Assembly (NCBI GenBank): GCA_009859145.1
Contig: VRVR01000023.1
Span: 205,319-269,318 of the forward strand
Direction of reading: 5' to 3'
DNA from: Andalucia godoyi And28
Taxonomy: Eukaryota > Protista > Jakobida
Length of the DNA: 64,000 nt
The number at the start of each line of letters is the position of its first letter. Positions within the stretch are counted from its first letter, which is position 1. The position numbers and the translations under genes are program-made. Below the pieces are notes generated by a model. It worked only from the letters and a program-made list of their open reading frames with translations. It was not told the DNA's origin and ran no database searches. Below are positions 21,488 through 30,569 of the stretch, piece after piece.

Positions 21488-22726
21488 CTAGCACGTGGCA
21501 ACGAAGACGACGCCCTTGCCGCCCTTGTCGAACGTGATGCAGGATCCGGCAGCTACGAAATCGACGTTTCCCGAGTTCAGCGGCTTGCTTTGCGCAGTAT
21601 CGCCTCTCTTTACAGAGAGCGACCCTTCTGTATTCATGAGAGAAATCAGCACAGCCGGTCCATCCAGCGAAACAACAGCTTCCCTGTCTCCCAGAGCAAC
21701 TCGATAGACCTTAAATTCCGGAACGGGGGGATCGTACAGCGCCACGTTCTCTTGAATCTGCACGCCCTGGCCAACCAGTTTTTCACACAAGTCATCTCGG
21801 TACGTCAGCATCTTCAAAAGGGTATCCACATCTTTTGGCTTTGGAGTGAGCCCGGCTCTGACAACATTGTCCGAACAAGCCATGCATTCCACACAGTCGC
21901 CCTTGAGATAGGCGTGTGGTTCATCCGGAGCACAATAGATGAAACTTCCCGGCCCAACGATCACATGGTTGAGGAAAAACACGCAAAACACGCCGACATC
22001 GCCCGGATATTCATCTGCGAGACGCAATGCCAGATTTTCAACCGCCGACCTCTCCTCCTTTTTCATGGCTGAAAGCTTCGCAACGAGGGAATCAAGCGCT
22101 GCTGTCACGGACGGCACGGGGGCATTCATCAACGCCGCAAATGCAGACGGTAAATGGAGCGGACGCGAGCTGGAGGAGCCTGAATAGCCGATCAGCGATG
22201 CGAATTCTGGGATAGATTCCGCAAATGCTGCAATTTCTGATGAAGGTCGGAAGCCGCACAGTGCTTCAAAAGGCGTAATGGGAAGCGCGATTTCCGGTTT
22301 GTGATTGTCGTCCTTGTACAAATCCGGTCGCGACACATGAAGTTGCTCTGCGAGAGGCTTGTTCGGGTGCGCCTGGATCGAAAGCGCCTTTTCAACCGAA
22401 AGCACCTTGAAGAGGAAAGGAAGATTGGGTCCAAACTTTGAAATTGTGCTCGCTCCAAGCCAGTGTTCTGGATTCTTTGCGACAATTTCCGACAGCGGAA
22501 CAAGAGCGCTGCTGCCGTCGTGCTGCGCAACAAACGATGGGCCGGACGGATGCGTGCCCATCCAAAGCTCTGCATACGGCTTTCCCGCGTCCAGCGAGCC
22601 GGATTCCAAGCCAAGGTGAGACAGCTGTGCCTTTCGAAGCTGATAAACAGAAGACGTCGCACCCACACAACCCCACGCATAGTTGTGGACCGTGCACGAC
22701 AACGAAGCAACAAGATCGTTCGACAT
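21488..22726 (-). CDS. MPI: Mannose-6-phosphate isomerase (type I PMI)
   Basis: NYAWG, PYAELWMGTHPSGPS, LPFLFKVLSVEKALSIQAHP, YKDDNHKPE, HAYLKGDCVECMACSDNVVRAGLTPK. Confidence 0.97.
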   Translation of the reverse strand: MSNDLVASLSCTVHNYAWGCVGATSSVYQLRKAQLSHLGLESGSLDAGKPYAELWMGTHPSGPSFVAQHDGSSALVPLSEIVAKNPEHWLGASTISKFGPNLPFLFKVLSVEKALSIQAHPNKPLAEQLHVSRPDLYKDDNHKPEIALPITPFEALCGFRPSSEIAAFAESIPEFASLIGYSGSSSSRPLHLPSAFAALMNAPVPSVTAALDSLVAKLSAMKKEERSAVENLALRLADEYPGDVGVFCVFFLNHVIVGPGSFIYCAPDEPHAYLKGDCVECMACSDNVVRAGLTPKPKDVDTLLKMLTYRDDLCEKLVGQGVQIQENVALYDPPVPEFKVYRVALGDREAVVSLDGPAVLISLMNTEGSLSVKRGDTAQSKPLNSGNVDFVAAGSCITFDKGGKGVVFVATC

Positions 22727-22860
22727 TCTTTTTTTTCTATCCAACAGCCAATGCTACCAACAACTTTGCGTTCAATCCGCTCTAGTCTCCAGTCTGGTTG
22801 TCGTGTCCACGATGATGAACCAAGCCCAAAGCCAAAATCCAACCAAACAAGAAACAAAAA

Positions 22861-22908
22861 GCAAAAGCAAAAGCAAAAGCAAAAGCAAAAGCAAAAGCAA
22901 AAGCAAAA
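22861..22908. repeat. (GCAAAA)8 hexamer microsatellite in the divergent MPI/WDR41 promoter
   Basis: Eight exact copies. Confidence 0.97.
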
Positions 22909-23189
22909 ACCCGAGAATCAAAGGGGGAATCGAGGCAGATACGAGAGCAGGAAGCAACAGCCTGCCGTAGTTCGTTCCCGTGGCCAAAGCCCCGCAGCCT
23001 TTGTTGAGAATCGGGAAGGTAAGTGATGACTGAAAGGCTTTGCGGCTCTGAAAGACGATGCGCTTCTTTGCGACGACTCTATACGATATCATTGGGACAA
23101 AACAACAACAACGACAACAAACAAAACAAGGAAAAGAAGAAAACAAACCACCAAACAAAACAAACACACACACAGAAAAGGACAGAGAA

Positions 23190-24851
23190 ATGGGACCTCG
23201 GGTATCAAAAGAGTCGACTGTGTTGCATTCGACACCGAGTTCGCCTACATCCGATGAGTTTTATGACGCCGAACATTACTATCACCACAGTTTCCCAAGC
23301 TCTTCTTCGTTGCCGCCGCCGCCGCCGCCGCTCTCCTTATTTGGTGGTGGCTCCGCGTCTGTGTCGTTGCCGCCGCCGTCTGCCGTGGTTCCAAACTCGC
23401 CGAGTTCCTCAGGTTTCGTGATGGAGGACCGGTCTCACAACCCGTTTAACGAACTGCAGGTCCTTCGAGGGCACCGAAACCTCGTCCGATTCATGGTTTC
23501 CACAGCGTCGTTTTTGATCACTGGTGGCGATGATGGGAAAGTGATTGTTTACAACCACGGGACGGGAGAGCTGGTGCGGAAAATCCGCAGACGAGGACCA
23601 CAGGTAACCGCAATGAATGTGTGGGTGAGCAGCAACAGCGGCTCGCATGCTGCGGAGGAAGACGCGTTGCTTTATGTGGGCTTCGCGGATCGGTCAATGG
23701 TGATATGGGATCTTGCTTTGCTCAAACTGGTCCGAATTGTTCCGCAGGCTCACAGTGGGTCCATTCGGTGCTTTGTTGCTGTGGACAAGGACACCGTTTG
23801 CTCGGGTGCAAGCGACAAGTTCCTCAATTTATGGGATCGTAATGGGGACAAGGTTGGCTCCGTGCTTCGCGTGGATCAAGAACCCGTTTCGTGCATGATT
23901 TCGACTTCGAATGGGCGGGTTGCAGTGTCCGCACGCGCGGGCTTCGTGGACGTGTATGACGTTCACGAAAAGAAACACGTCGATGCTCTTCCGGGACATG
24001 ATGGAACTGTGCATTCCTTGACGTTTGTTGGAAATAACCATTTCATGACGGTGGCAAACGGACCGGAAATCAATGTTTGGAATCGATTTACGCTGCAGAA
24101 ATCGTTCATCCTCAACCTGGCGAGAGAAATCGATGTGCAGCCCAACAGGCACGTCCCTGATGGTGTGGCTCCTTCCATTACCGTGTCCTCCGTTCTTTCG
24201 ATCCCGGATGCGAGATATTTTGTTGCGGCAGTGGACCACGGATTTGTCTTGGTGTACTTCAAGGAAGTTGATTCCGCTTTTGGATGTTCCGTCGAGCTCA
24301 TTGTGCGGGATGCCCATCTCTCTGACATCGTTGATATGTGTGTGGTTGGACATCGAAAGCTGATCACCGTTGCGGAGGACGGCTTGATTCACATCTGGGA
24401 TCTCGCATTTGACATTGATGCTGAAGTGAGAGCACTGGCCGCAAGGGAGACTTCTTCTCGACGGAACAGCGTCAATAAGCCGCCGCCGCAGCCCAGTCCA
24501 GATCGAGGAGTTCGATTTCCGCGTCAATTTTGCGTCGGCTCGCTGTCCGGCCATTCTTCTGGGATTATCCGCGTTCTCGAGACATCCCCGCATACTTTTG
24601 TGACTTCGGGTCGAGACTTTGGAATCTTTTTGTGGAAAGATGGTCGCGTGGAATGTGCGCAGCGAGACTTGGAGGCCAGGAATCTGATGTCCAGCGCGGT
24701 GCTGGTGCAGCAGAGACAACTAGCATCCCACAAGAGATCCGTCTCTCCTGGCGATCGCGCAGCACTGTCAAAATCAAGCTCTGCCTTTATCAGCGGAGAC
24801 GATATTTCGATGGATGGAGAGCCAGATATCATCATTCCCATCCTTTCCTGA
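23190..24851 (+). CDS. WDR41: WD40-repeat protein, WDR41-like
   Basis: Multiple WD repeats. NPFNELQVLRGHRNLVRFM...GGDDGKVIVYN resembles human WDR41 NPYTELLVLKAHHDIVRFL...AGDDGIVVVWN, and the C-terminal LSGHSSG...IFLWKDG resembles WDR41 LIGHSSS...IILWKNG (recalled, not searched). Confidence 0.72.
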   Translation: MGPRVSKESTVLHSTPSSPTSDEFYDAEHYYHHSFPSSSSLPPPPPPLSLFGGGSASVSLPPPSAVVPNSPSSSGFVMEDRSHNPFNELQVLRGHRNLVRFMVSTASFLITGGDDGKVIVYNHGTGELVRKIRRRGPQVTAMNVWVSSNSGSHAAEEDALLYVGFADRSMVIWDLALLKLVRIVPQAHSGSIRCFVAVDKDTVCSGASDKFLNLWDRNGDKVGSVLRVDQEPVSCMISTSNGRVAVSARAGFVDVYDVHEKKHVDALPGHDGTVHSLTFVGNNHFMTVANGPEINVWNRFTLQKSFILNLAREIDVQPNRHVPDGVAPSITVSSVLSIPDARYFVAAVDHGFVLVYFKEVDSAFGCSVELIVRDAHLSDIVDMCVVGHRKLITVAEDGLIHIWDLAFDIDAEVRALAARETSSRRNSVNKPPPQPSPDRGVRFPRQFCVGSLSGHSSGIIRVLETSPHTFVTSGRDFGIFLWKDGRVECAQRDLEARNLMSSAVLVQQRQLASHKRSVSPGDRAALSKSSSAFISGDDISMDGEPDIIIPILS

Positions 24852-24973
24852 GAGAAGGAGAATGCACTTTTTTGAAATTCTGTGGGCGAGGGCCCCTCGC
24901 GCTGCGCACGGTGGGAGCAAAATCACGTTTTCTTTTCTTCTGAATCTGTTTTGCTCTTTTTTTAATGCTGTAT

Positions 24974-27865
24974 TTACAACCAACCGAGATCTTCAAGAAG
25001 TTCCTTGTTTGAACTCGATTCGAGATCACCGCGCGAGATGCCATCGAGGTCGTCGTCATCTTCAGAAACTCCTGCGGTTGCGCGGATGGTGCCCACCAAA
25101 AATTGATAAAGGGCTTGTCCTCTTCGTCGGGAAACAGCTCCTTCAAGGAGAATAGTAGACATGTACTGCACAATGCCGACGTTCACTTCCTTTTCGGGAG
25201 TCACGCCAACCGCCAGGGGATCCAGGAAATGCTGGCAACCGTGCGTTCCCCGGAGAACTGCCAGACGGATTTCCGGCTTCGTGCGTGGATGCAGAAGCAA
25301 CGACACAAATTTTGCAAACGTTTCATCTCCGAAGCTGACTGCTGCAAAGTGCATCGCAAAGTCGTGCACGAGTGTCGTGTCGAATTCTGTACATAGTTCT
25401 CGTGCAATGGCGATCCAATCGCGTTTTGCATTCCTCAAAATCCGCTCAAGCGCATCTCGAATCTCGTCATTCTGAAATAAACGATCTGAAATGATAAAGA
25501 ATCGCAGTGCAGCATGCATGGCACGACCATACGGAATAGAGAATCCAATTACCATGTGCCAAGCGGCGGCCAAGAAGGTGAGCCACGGTCCCAGCACTTC
25601 CCTGTCTGTGGATTTGCTCTCAGTGGCTGCCAGCAACACGCATGAACGACGCTCAGCGTATGTGTCATCGGATAGGGACAACAAGAACGGTCGCAGGACA
25701 GATACCCAATTCGATCGAGCTTCGACTCCGAATACGTAACGCAAAACGGCAGGATTCAGAACCACGTGCACAACATGGTCTTTCGAAAAATCCGGTGCGT
25801 TGAGCATGGATATGTAAAGTCCATGGGCGTCCACAGCAGAGGAATATGCTGAAATCACGAAACCAGCGATGGAAGGAGACTGAGAGGCATGCGCCCGCAA
25901 AAATTCCACAACTTCTGGCGAGACAGCAGCAGAATTCAAGGCGTCCACCGCCACGACCAGCTTTCCAAACGAGAGAACATCGGATACAGCCACAGATGTG
26001 GCGTCGTAGGCCAAGCAGAAGTCCCGCAGAATGTCGGAAAACGGCCACTGCAGAGCATTCTCACAGATTTCCTGAATCTTCAACGAATGCGCCTGCAACA
26101 AGTATGTTGAAACGAAGGTCCATGCCTTGCGGTTTCGAGCATGCAGCTTGACAAAAGTCATCATCTGCACCATCAAACGCACGTCCTCTATCAATGGCTG
26201 AAACAGAGAAATGCTTGTTTGCAGTAAGTCAAACACGGCGATGTCACACAGCGGATACGAAGCCATGTTGCTCAGCTCCCCGAAAAATGGCTGCCAAGAT
26301 GCTCGCTCAATATCCCAAGCAATCATGCAGCGCCACATTTCGAGGATGGACGATGCAAGCTCAAGATCTTTTGCCTTGACGGTACCTAACGTGGGTTCCG
26401 GGGCCGGGAGGACCAAATAGCGATAGGACGTCTCAAGCACGCCGAGTTCGATAAGGGAGTGCGCATGGTCAGTCGAAATACTCGCAATGACCGCCAAAAC
26501 ACGGAACGCCCGTGGCTCGATTGCCGCAGCAAGTGATTCAACTAGACCGTCACACTCGATGAGAGCGATCTGGCTTTCCTCGTCGTGTTTTGCCATGAAT
26601 TCCAGCACCCGAAAAACGGAACTCTGGATGATGGAAACGTGTCTGTACGATTCGAGAAGGAATCGCAAGCGAGCAAGCAAGTACGTATCCAAGAGTTCAT
26701 CGGTCGTCTCGGTGGCCAAAATGGCTTCGAGCAGTTGCAGTCCGGCCACGATCACATTCATGTTTTTCGAATCGATGTTCTTGCGAGCAACCATGGAAAT
26801 GTGCATGGCAACGAGTGACGAAAAGACATCCTCTGAGTACCCGCCACTTTTGGCCCGAGTCGCTATCGCAGACAGCGCAGTCAATGCATAAATCCGCTGG
26901 CCGTCCACTGCCGATCTGGAAAGCCTCTCCAGGTCGCTCAGAGAGTACCCGGGCACACGCTGATCGCCCCCGTGATGAAACAGATCGGACCGACCAGCAG
27001 CAGCATCTCCACCTTTTGATAGCTCCTCGTTCACTTTCCCATCTGGACCAAAGCGCCAACTGGAAACCGTGCCCGGAACCGCAACGTCGAATTGCTCCAA
27101 TTCATTGGTCTCTTCCAGCATCCACTGAATCTTTTCGCGTTCCTCGGGAATTCCTTTCAGATACTCTATCAGTTCCTCGTAAGTGCGAGGAACAACCTTG
27201 AAGCTGGTCGAAGGAATCTGCTTGACTTGCACTATTTCTTGGAAATGTACGTGCTTTGCAGCAGCCGCATGATCATCATCAGAGCGCGGCTCCAGGACCG
27301 TTTGCTTTGTCGCTGACGGTCCCATCGTTTCAGAATTCGCCGGCCCGGTCAAGGAATGCACGCCGGCTCTACCAGCACCTCGTTCCTTCAAGAAGGCAAG
27401 CAAATCAGGAGGGAAAATGTGCTGAATTTCCTGCTGTGCTTCTGCGATTTGTTCTGGAGAGAGCGACGAGAGCATCTTTTCACTTTCCAGATGAATCACT
27501 TCTTCTTCCGTCTGATTCTCCGCGGGTTTCGCTGCAAAATTCGACAGCTTTGTCACAGCAGGCGTTGGAACTGCTGCCGTCTTGGCCTCCTTTCGCTCAA
27601 ACTCGGCCACATCACGCTTCCGAGAGAACGACACGGCCATTTTATCACGATGCATCATCTGCGGAAGCCCATGAACCGCATTTCCACGATGCCCCGCCGA
27701 TGTTATCGATGCTGATGCTGAGGATGAAACTGCTGGAGGAAACGGAAAGTCAAAGTCCGCGTCGGAAATCTGGTTTTCCTTCAATTCGGAAACAAGTGCA
27801 ATATTCCCAAGAGACGCTGCAGATATCCATGCTTGGTGCTGCTTGTCCTTGTCCTTTTCTGACAT
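24974..27865 (-). CDS. RPAP1: RNA polymerase II-associated protein 1 (RPAP1/Rba50/IYO)
   Basis: RPAP1_N-like IHLESEKMLSSLSPEQIAEAQQEI...LLAFLKER and RPAP1_C-like LFHHGGDQRVPGYSLSDLERLSRSAVDGQRIYAL, followed by an ARM-like helical region. Confidence 0.88.
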   Translation of the reverse strand: MSEKDKDKQHQAWISAASLGNIALVSELKENQISDADFDFPFPPAVSSSASASITSAGHRGNAVHGLPQMMHRDKMAVSFSRKRDVAEFERKEAKTAAVPTPAVTKLSNFAAKPAENQTEEEVIHLESEKMLSSLSPEQIAEAQQEIQHIFPPDLLAFLKERGAGRAGVHSLTGPANSETMGPSATKQTVLEPRSDDDHAAAAKHVHFQEIVQVKQIPSTSFKVVPRTYEELIEYLKGIPEEREKIQWMLEETNELEQFDVAVPGTVSSWRFGPDGKVNEELSKGGDAAAGRSDLFHHGGDQRVPGYSLSDLERLSRSAVDGQRIYALTALSAIATRAKSGGYSEDVFSSLVAMHISMVARKNIDSKNMNVIVAGLQLLEAILATETTDELLDTYLLARLRFLLESYRHVSIIQSSVFRVLEFMAKHDEESQIALIECDGLVESLAAAIEPRAFRVLAVIASISTDHAHSLIELGVLETSYRYLVLPAPEPTLGTVKAKDLELASSILEMWRCMIAWDIERASWQPFFGELSNMASYPLCDIAVFDLLQTSISLFQPLIEDVRLMVQMMTFVKLHARNRKAWTFVSTYLLQAHSLKIQEICENALQWPFSDILRDFCLAYDATSVAVSDVLSFGKLVVAVDALNSAAVSPEVVEFLRAHASQSPSIAGFVISAYSSAVDAHGLYISMLNAPDFSKDHVVHVVLNPAVLRYVFGVEARSNWVSVLRPFLLSLSDDTYAERRSCVLLAATESKSTDREVLGPWLTFLAAAWHMVIGFSIPYGRAMHAALRFFIISDRLFQNDEIRDALERILRNAKRDWIAIARELCTEFDTTLVHDFAMHFAAVSFGDETFAKFVSLLLHPRTKPEIRLAVLRGTHGCQHFLDPLAVGVTPEKEVNVGIVQYMSTILLEGAVSRRRGQALYQFLVGTIRATAGVSEDDDDLDGISRGDLESSSNKELLEDLGWL

Positions 27866-28173
27866 TATCTTGAAGAATGCGTGAAATCGAGACGAGGTAG
27901 AACTGACCAAACCAAGCAAAGCAAAAGAAGAAGGAAGGGAAGCGAGATATTAAAATTAAATTAAATTAAAAAATTTAAATAAATATAAATAGATGAAAAT
28001 GAAGACACAGAAAACAGAAAATCGATGATTCTTGTTTAAAATCCCAAAGGAAAACAACAACTCGAATATAGAGACAGTGCGAAATGGACTCCATATGCAC
28101 AGACGTTGAAATTGCGTGAATTTGAGAATTAGAAGTGCATTATTTTCTTTAACGAATCAATTATGGGGCTTGC

Positions 28174-29718
28174 TTAGGCACAGTCCTTGATAAAGAGATT
28201 GATGGTGGAATTTCCGGGATCCAGCTCCAGGGCTCTTTCGGCAACCTTTCGAGCTTCTGCACGGTTGCCAAGTCGGAGCATGGCCTGTGCAGCTCTGAAG
28301 TGCGCCTTCCAATTTTCAGAATCGAATCTTGCAGCAGTGTTTGCAAACGCCAGAGACTGTTGGTACATTTCAAGCTGGTAGTACGTCGCTGCGATATTGC
28401 ACAGCAACACAGCCCTATCCTTTCTGCAGTCCTCGGTCTCAGGTAGAAACTTTGTGGCAGTGGTGTACATGTGAATCGCAGTCTGCAGTTTTTCCCTCGT
28501 TCCTTCTCGGAAGGCATTGTTTGCAGACTGTCGGATCCTTGCTGATCGTTCCTTGTCCTTTCCATACGCTGGATTTATTCCTGCGCCATGCACCCTTCGC
28601 TGCTCCACAAGCCAGTCCACCAGTCCCGGAACTGCCGCAAACGCCGAACCGCAGTCCCGCACAAACACTTGCGCCTCAGACTCTTCTCCTGTCACCACAA
28701 ATGGTCCTACAAACACCATTCCACGACTCTTGTCATCGCGCTGTTCATTTCCTTGAGTGGACTGGCCGCTGTGCGTCTTCACGAACGGAAGTGCTTTTTC
28801 CCCAAGGAGATATGGATAGACTCGCGGGACAAGCGAGAGGGCCTGTCCAAGGCAGATTGCGCGGAGATCGGGGTGCTCGTCCGAGTCAACAAACGCTGGA
28901 TCTGCACACGCGCGGAAGGTCAGCAGCACGTCGGTCCAGAAGAGGAATGCAGGCACGACACCCGGAGCATTTGCAGCATACAGCATGGGGATCAACTGGG
29001 TGAGCGGTTCATACATCTTCGCCCTCAGCAGCGTTGCAATGAGCGACGTCCGTGCGCCAAGATGGTCCGTTGGTGCAGACCACAGCATCAGCTCATGCAG
29101 ATGGCGGACAGCTTCGTCAAAGTTCCCGAGTTCCCTCAGCGTGTTTGCCAACGCAAGCTTGCAGCGCATCAGCGGCTGTGCGGCCGTCGATGCATCCCAC
29201 ATGCGCCCCGACTGCGTGTGGACTGCAATGAAGTTTCGCTCGACCTTTTCGACATGCCGCAGACCCGCAGCGACCCCGCGGTCGTACAAGTCCTTGGCGG
29301 CAGCAAACGTCGTTGCAGTGGACTCGGCAAGCAGCAGATACGCCTCCGCACAGTCCGCCGAAAGCGCCAGTGCCGCTTCGGCGGCTGCAGTCCGATCCTT
29401 TGCACTCTGCGACGTCCAGCCGTGGTCGTCCAAATGTCGGTACGCCGCAACGAGCTGCTTGTCCGCGCCGCACGGGATGCCATGCAGTGACCGGTCGTGC
29501 TGTGGCTGGAACGATGACGTCCACTGTGCCCACGCCGCATCGCGCTGTTGCTGCAGTTCCGCAAGCTCCTCAGACGCAGACGCAGACGCAGACGCATCAC
29601 TGGATGCTAGAAGGAGCAGGTACGAGTCCCACATGCCAAAGAGCGCATGGCCAGTCGGGCTCGCGGCGGCGACGCGATTCAGCTTCGGAACCGTCGATAT
29701 CGGACCAGACGAAGACAT
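28174..29718 (-). CDS. TPR protein: prokaryote-like ST7-type TPR module plus C-terminal co-chaperone-type TPR
   Basis: ALALSADCAEAYLLLAE...LYDRGVAAG...QPLMRCKLALANTL...EAVRHLHELM...DHLGAR. The C-terminus ANNAF...AIHMYT...LLCNIAATYYQL...WKAHFRAAQA...ALELDPGN is a canonical three-TPR clamp. Confidence 0.8.
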   Translation of the reverse strand: MSSSGPISTVPKLNRVAAASPTGHALFGMWDSYLLLLASSDASASASASEELAELQQQRDAAWAQWTSSFQPQHDRSLHGIPCGADKQLVAAYRHLDDHGWTSQSAKDRTAAAEAALALSADCAEAYLLLAESTATTFAAAKDLYDRGVAAGLRHVEKVERNFIAVHTQSGRMWDASTAAQPLMRCKLALANTLRELGNFDEAVRHLHELMLWSAPTDHLGARTSLIATLLRAKMYEPLTQLIPMLYAANAPGVVPAFLFWTDVLLTFRACADPAFVDSDEHPDLRAICLGQALSLVPRVYPYLLGEKALPFVKTHSGQSTQGNEQRDDKSRGMVFVGPFVVTGEESEAQVFVRDCGSAFAAVPGLVDWLVEQRRVHGAGINPAYGKDKERSARIRQSANNAFREGTREKLQTAIHMYTTATKFLPETEDCRKDRAVLLCNIAATYYQLEMYQQSLAFANTAARFDSENWKAHFRAAQAMLRLGNRAEARKVAERALELDPGNSTINLFIKDCA

Positions 29719-30569
29719 GGCGGAGCAGTGCCAAGCAAGACGAAGAAATTAAAAATCAAAATCACAAAAAAGAAAATTCATAATAATAAAATTAACAACA
29801 ATAATACCAACATAAATGAGCTGTTCATAAAAAGCGCCAAAAAGCAAAAGAAAAACCCGAGCAAAACACGGACTGATCAGTCATCACGACTGTAAAAAAT
29901 TAATAACAGGCAGAAAAGACCGGTTTCTACAGGCGATGGAGACGGCTCAAAATGCTCTTGAGAAGGGGCTGGGTGCTTCGGGACTTGAAGGCGGCTCGCT
30001 GCGGTGGGAGACGGCTGGTTGGTGGGGCATTCGGGGTGCTTCGGAACGGATTGACGGATCGGAGCAGGCTTGTCGCTTACGGCAGCTCGGAGAATTACAC
30101 TTCCAGATGCGGAATGCAATCGGCGAATTCCGTATGCCAACAGATTTGTTGCTGTGCCCGCGGTTTCCCTTTTGCGGTTATCGGCCACGCTCTGCTCCAT
30201 CGTGCCTTCCTTTTGGAGTTACTGTTGCTCTCCGTCACTTTTTCCGACGCCGCAATTTCTCCGAAAACACAATGGAAACAAAAAAAGAAAAAGCAAAAGC
30301 GGCAGTTTAGTGTGTGTTTACTCCATCCTTCTTCTTCTCCTTTAGTTTTCCATCCTCCTCGTCGTTATTTCCCCATCACCAAGCCAATTACGCGACTTTC
30401 CTTTCCTTTGTTTCCTCTACGCACACACTCACACACACGCACACACACGCACACACACGCACACACCCACCTTTTGAAACTTTTTGAACGTTTTCGTCTT
30501 TGCATCACACACCGCAACAGCTGGTTCTTCTATCGGGTTTGCATTCTCTCCCTCGTTTCTCTTTGACAG

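Noticed and set aside
29970-30045. Two C(UUCG)G tetraloop words suggesting a structured ncRNA
   Set aside because: The flanking bases do not pair, so no stem supports either loop.
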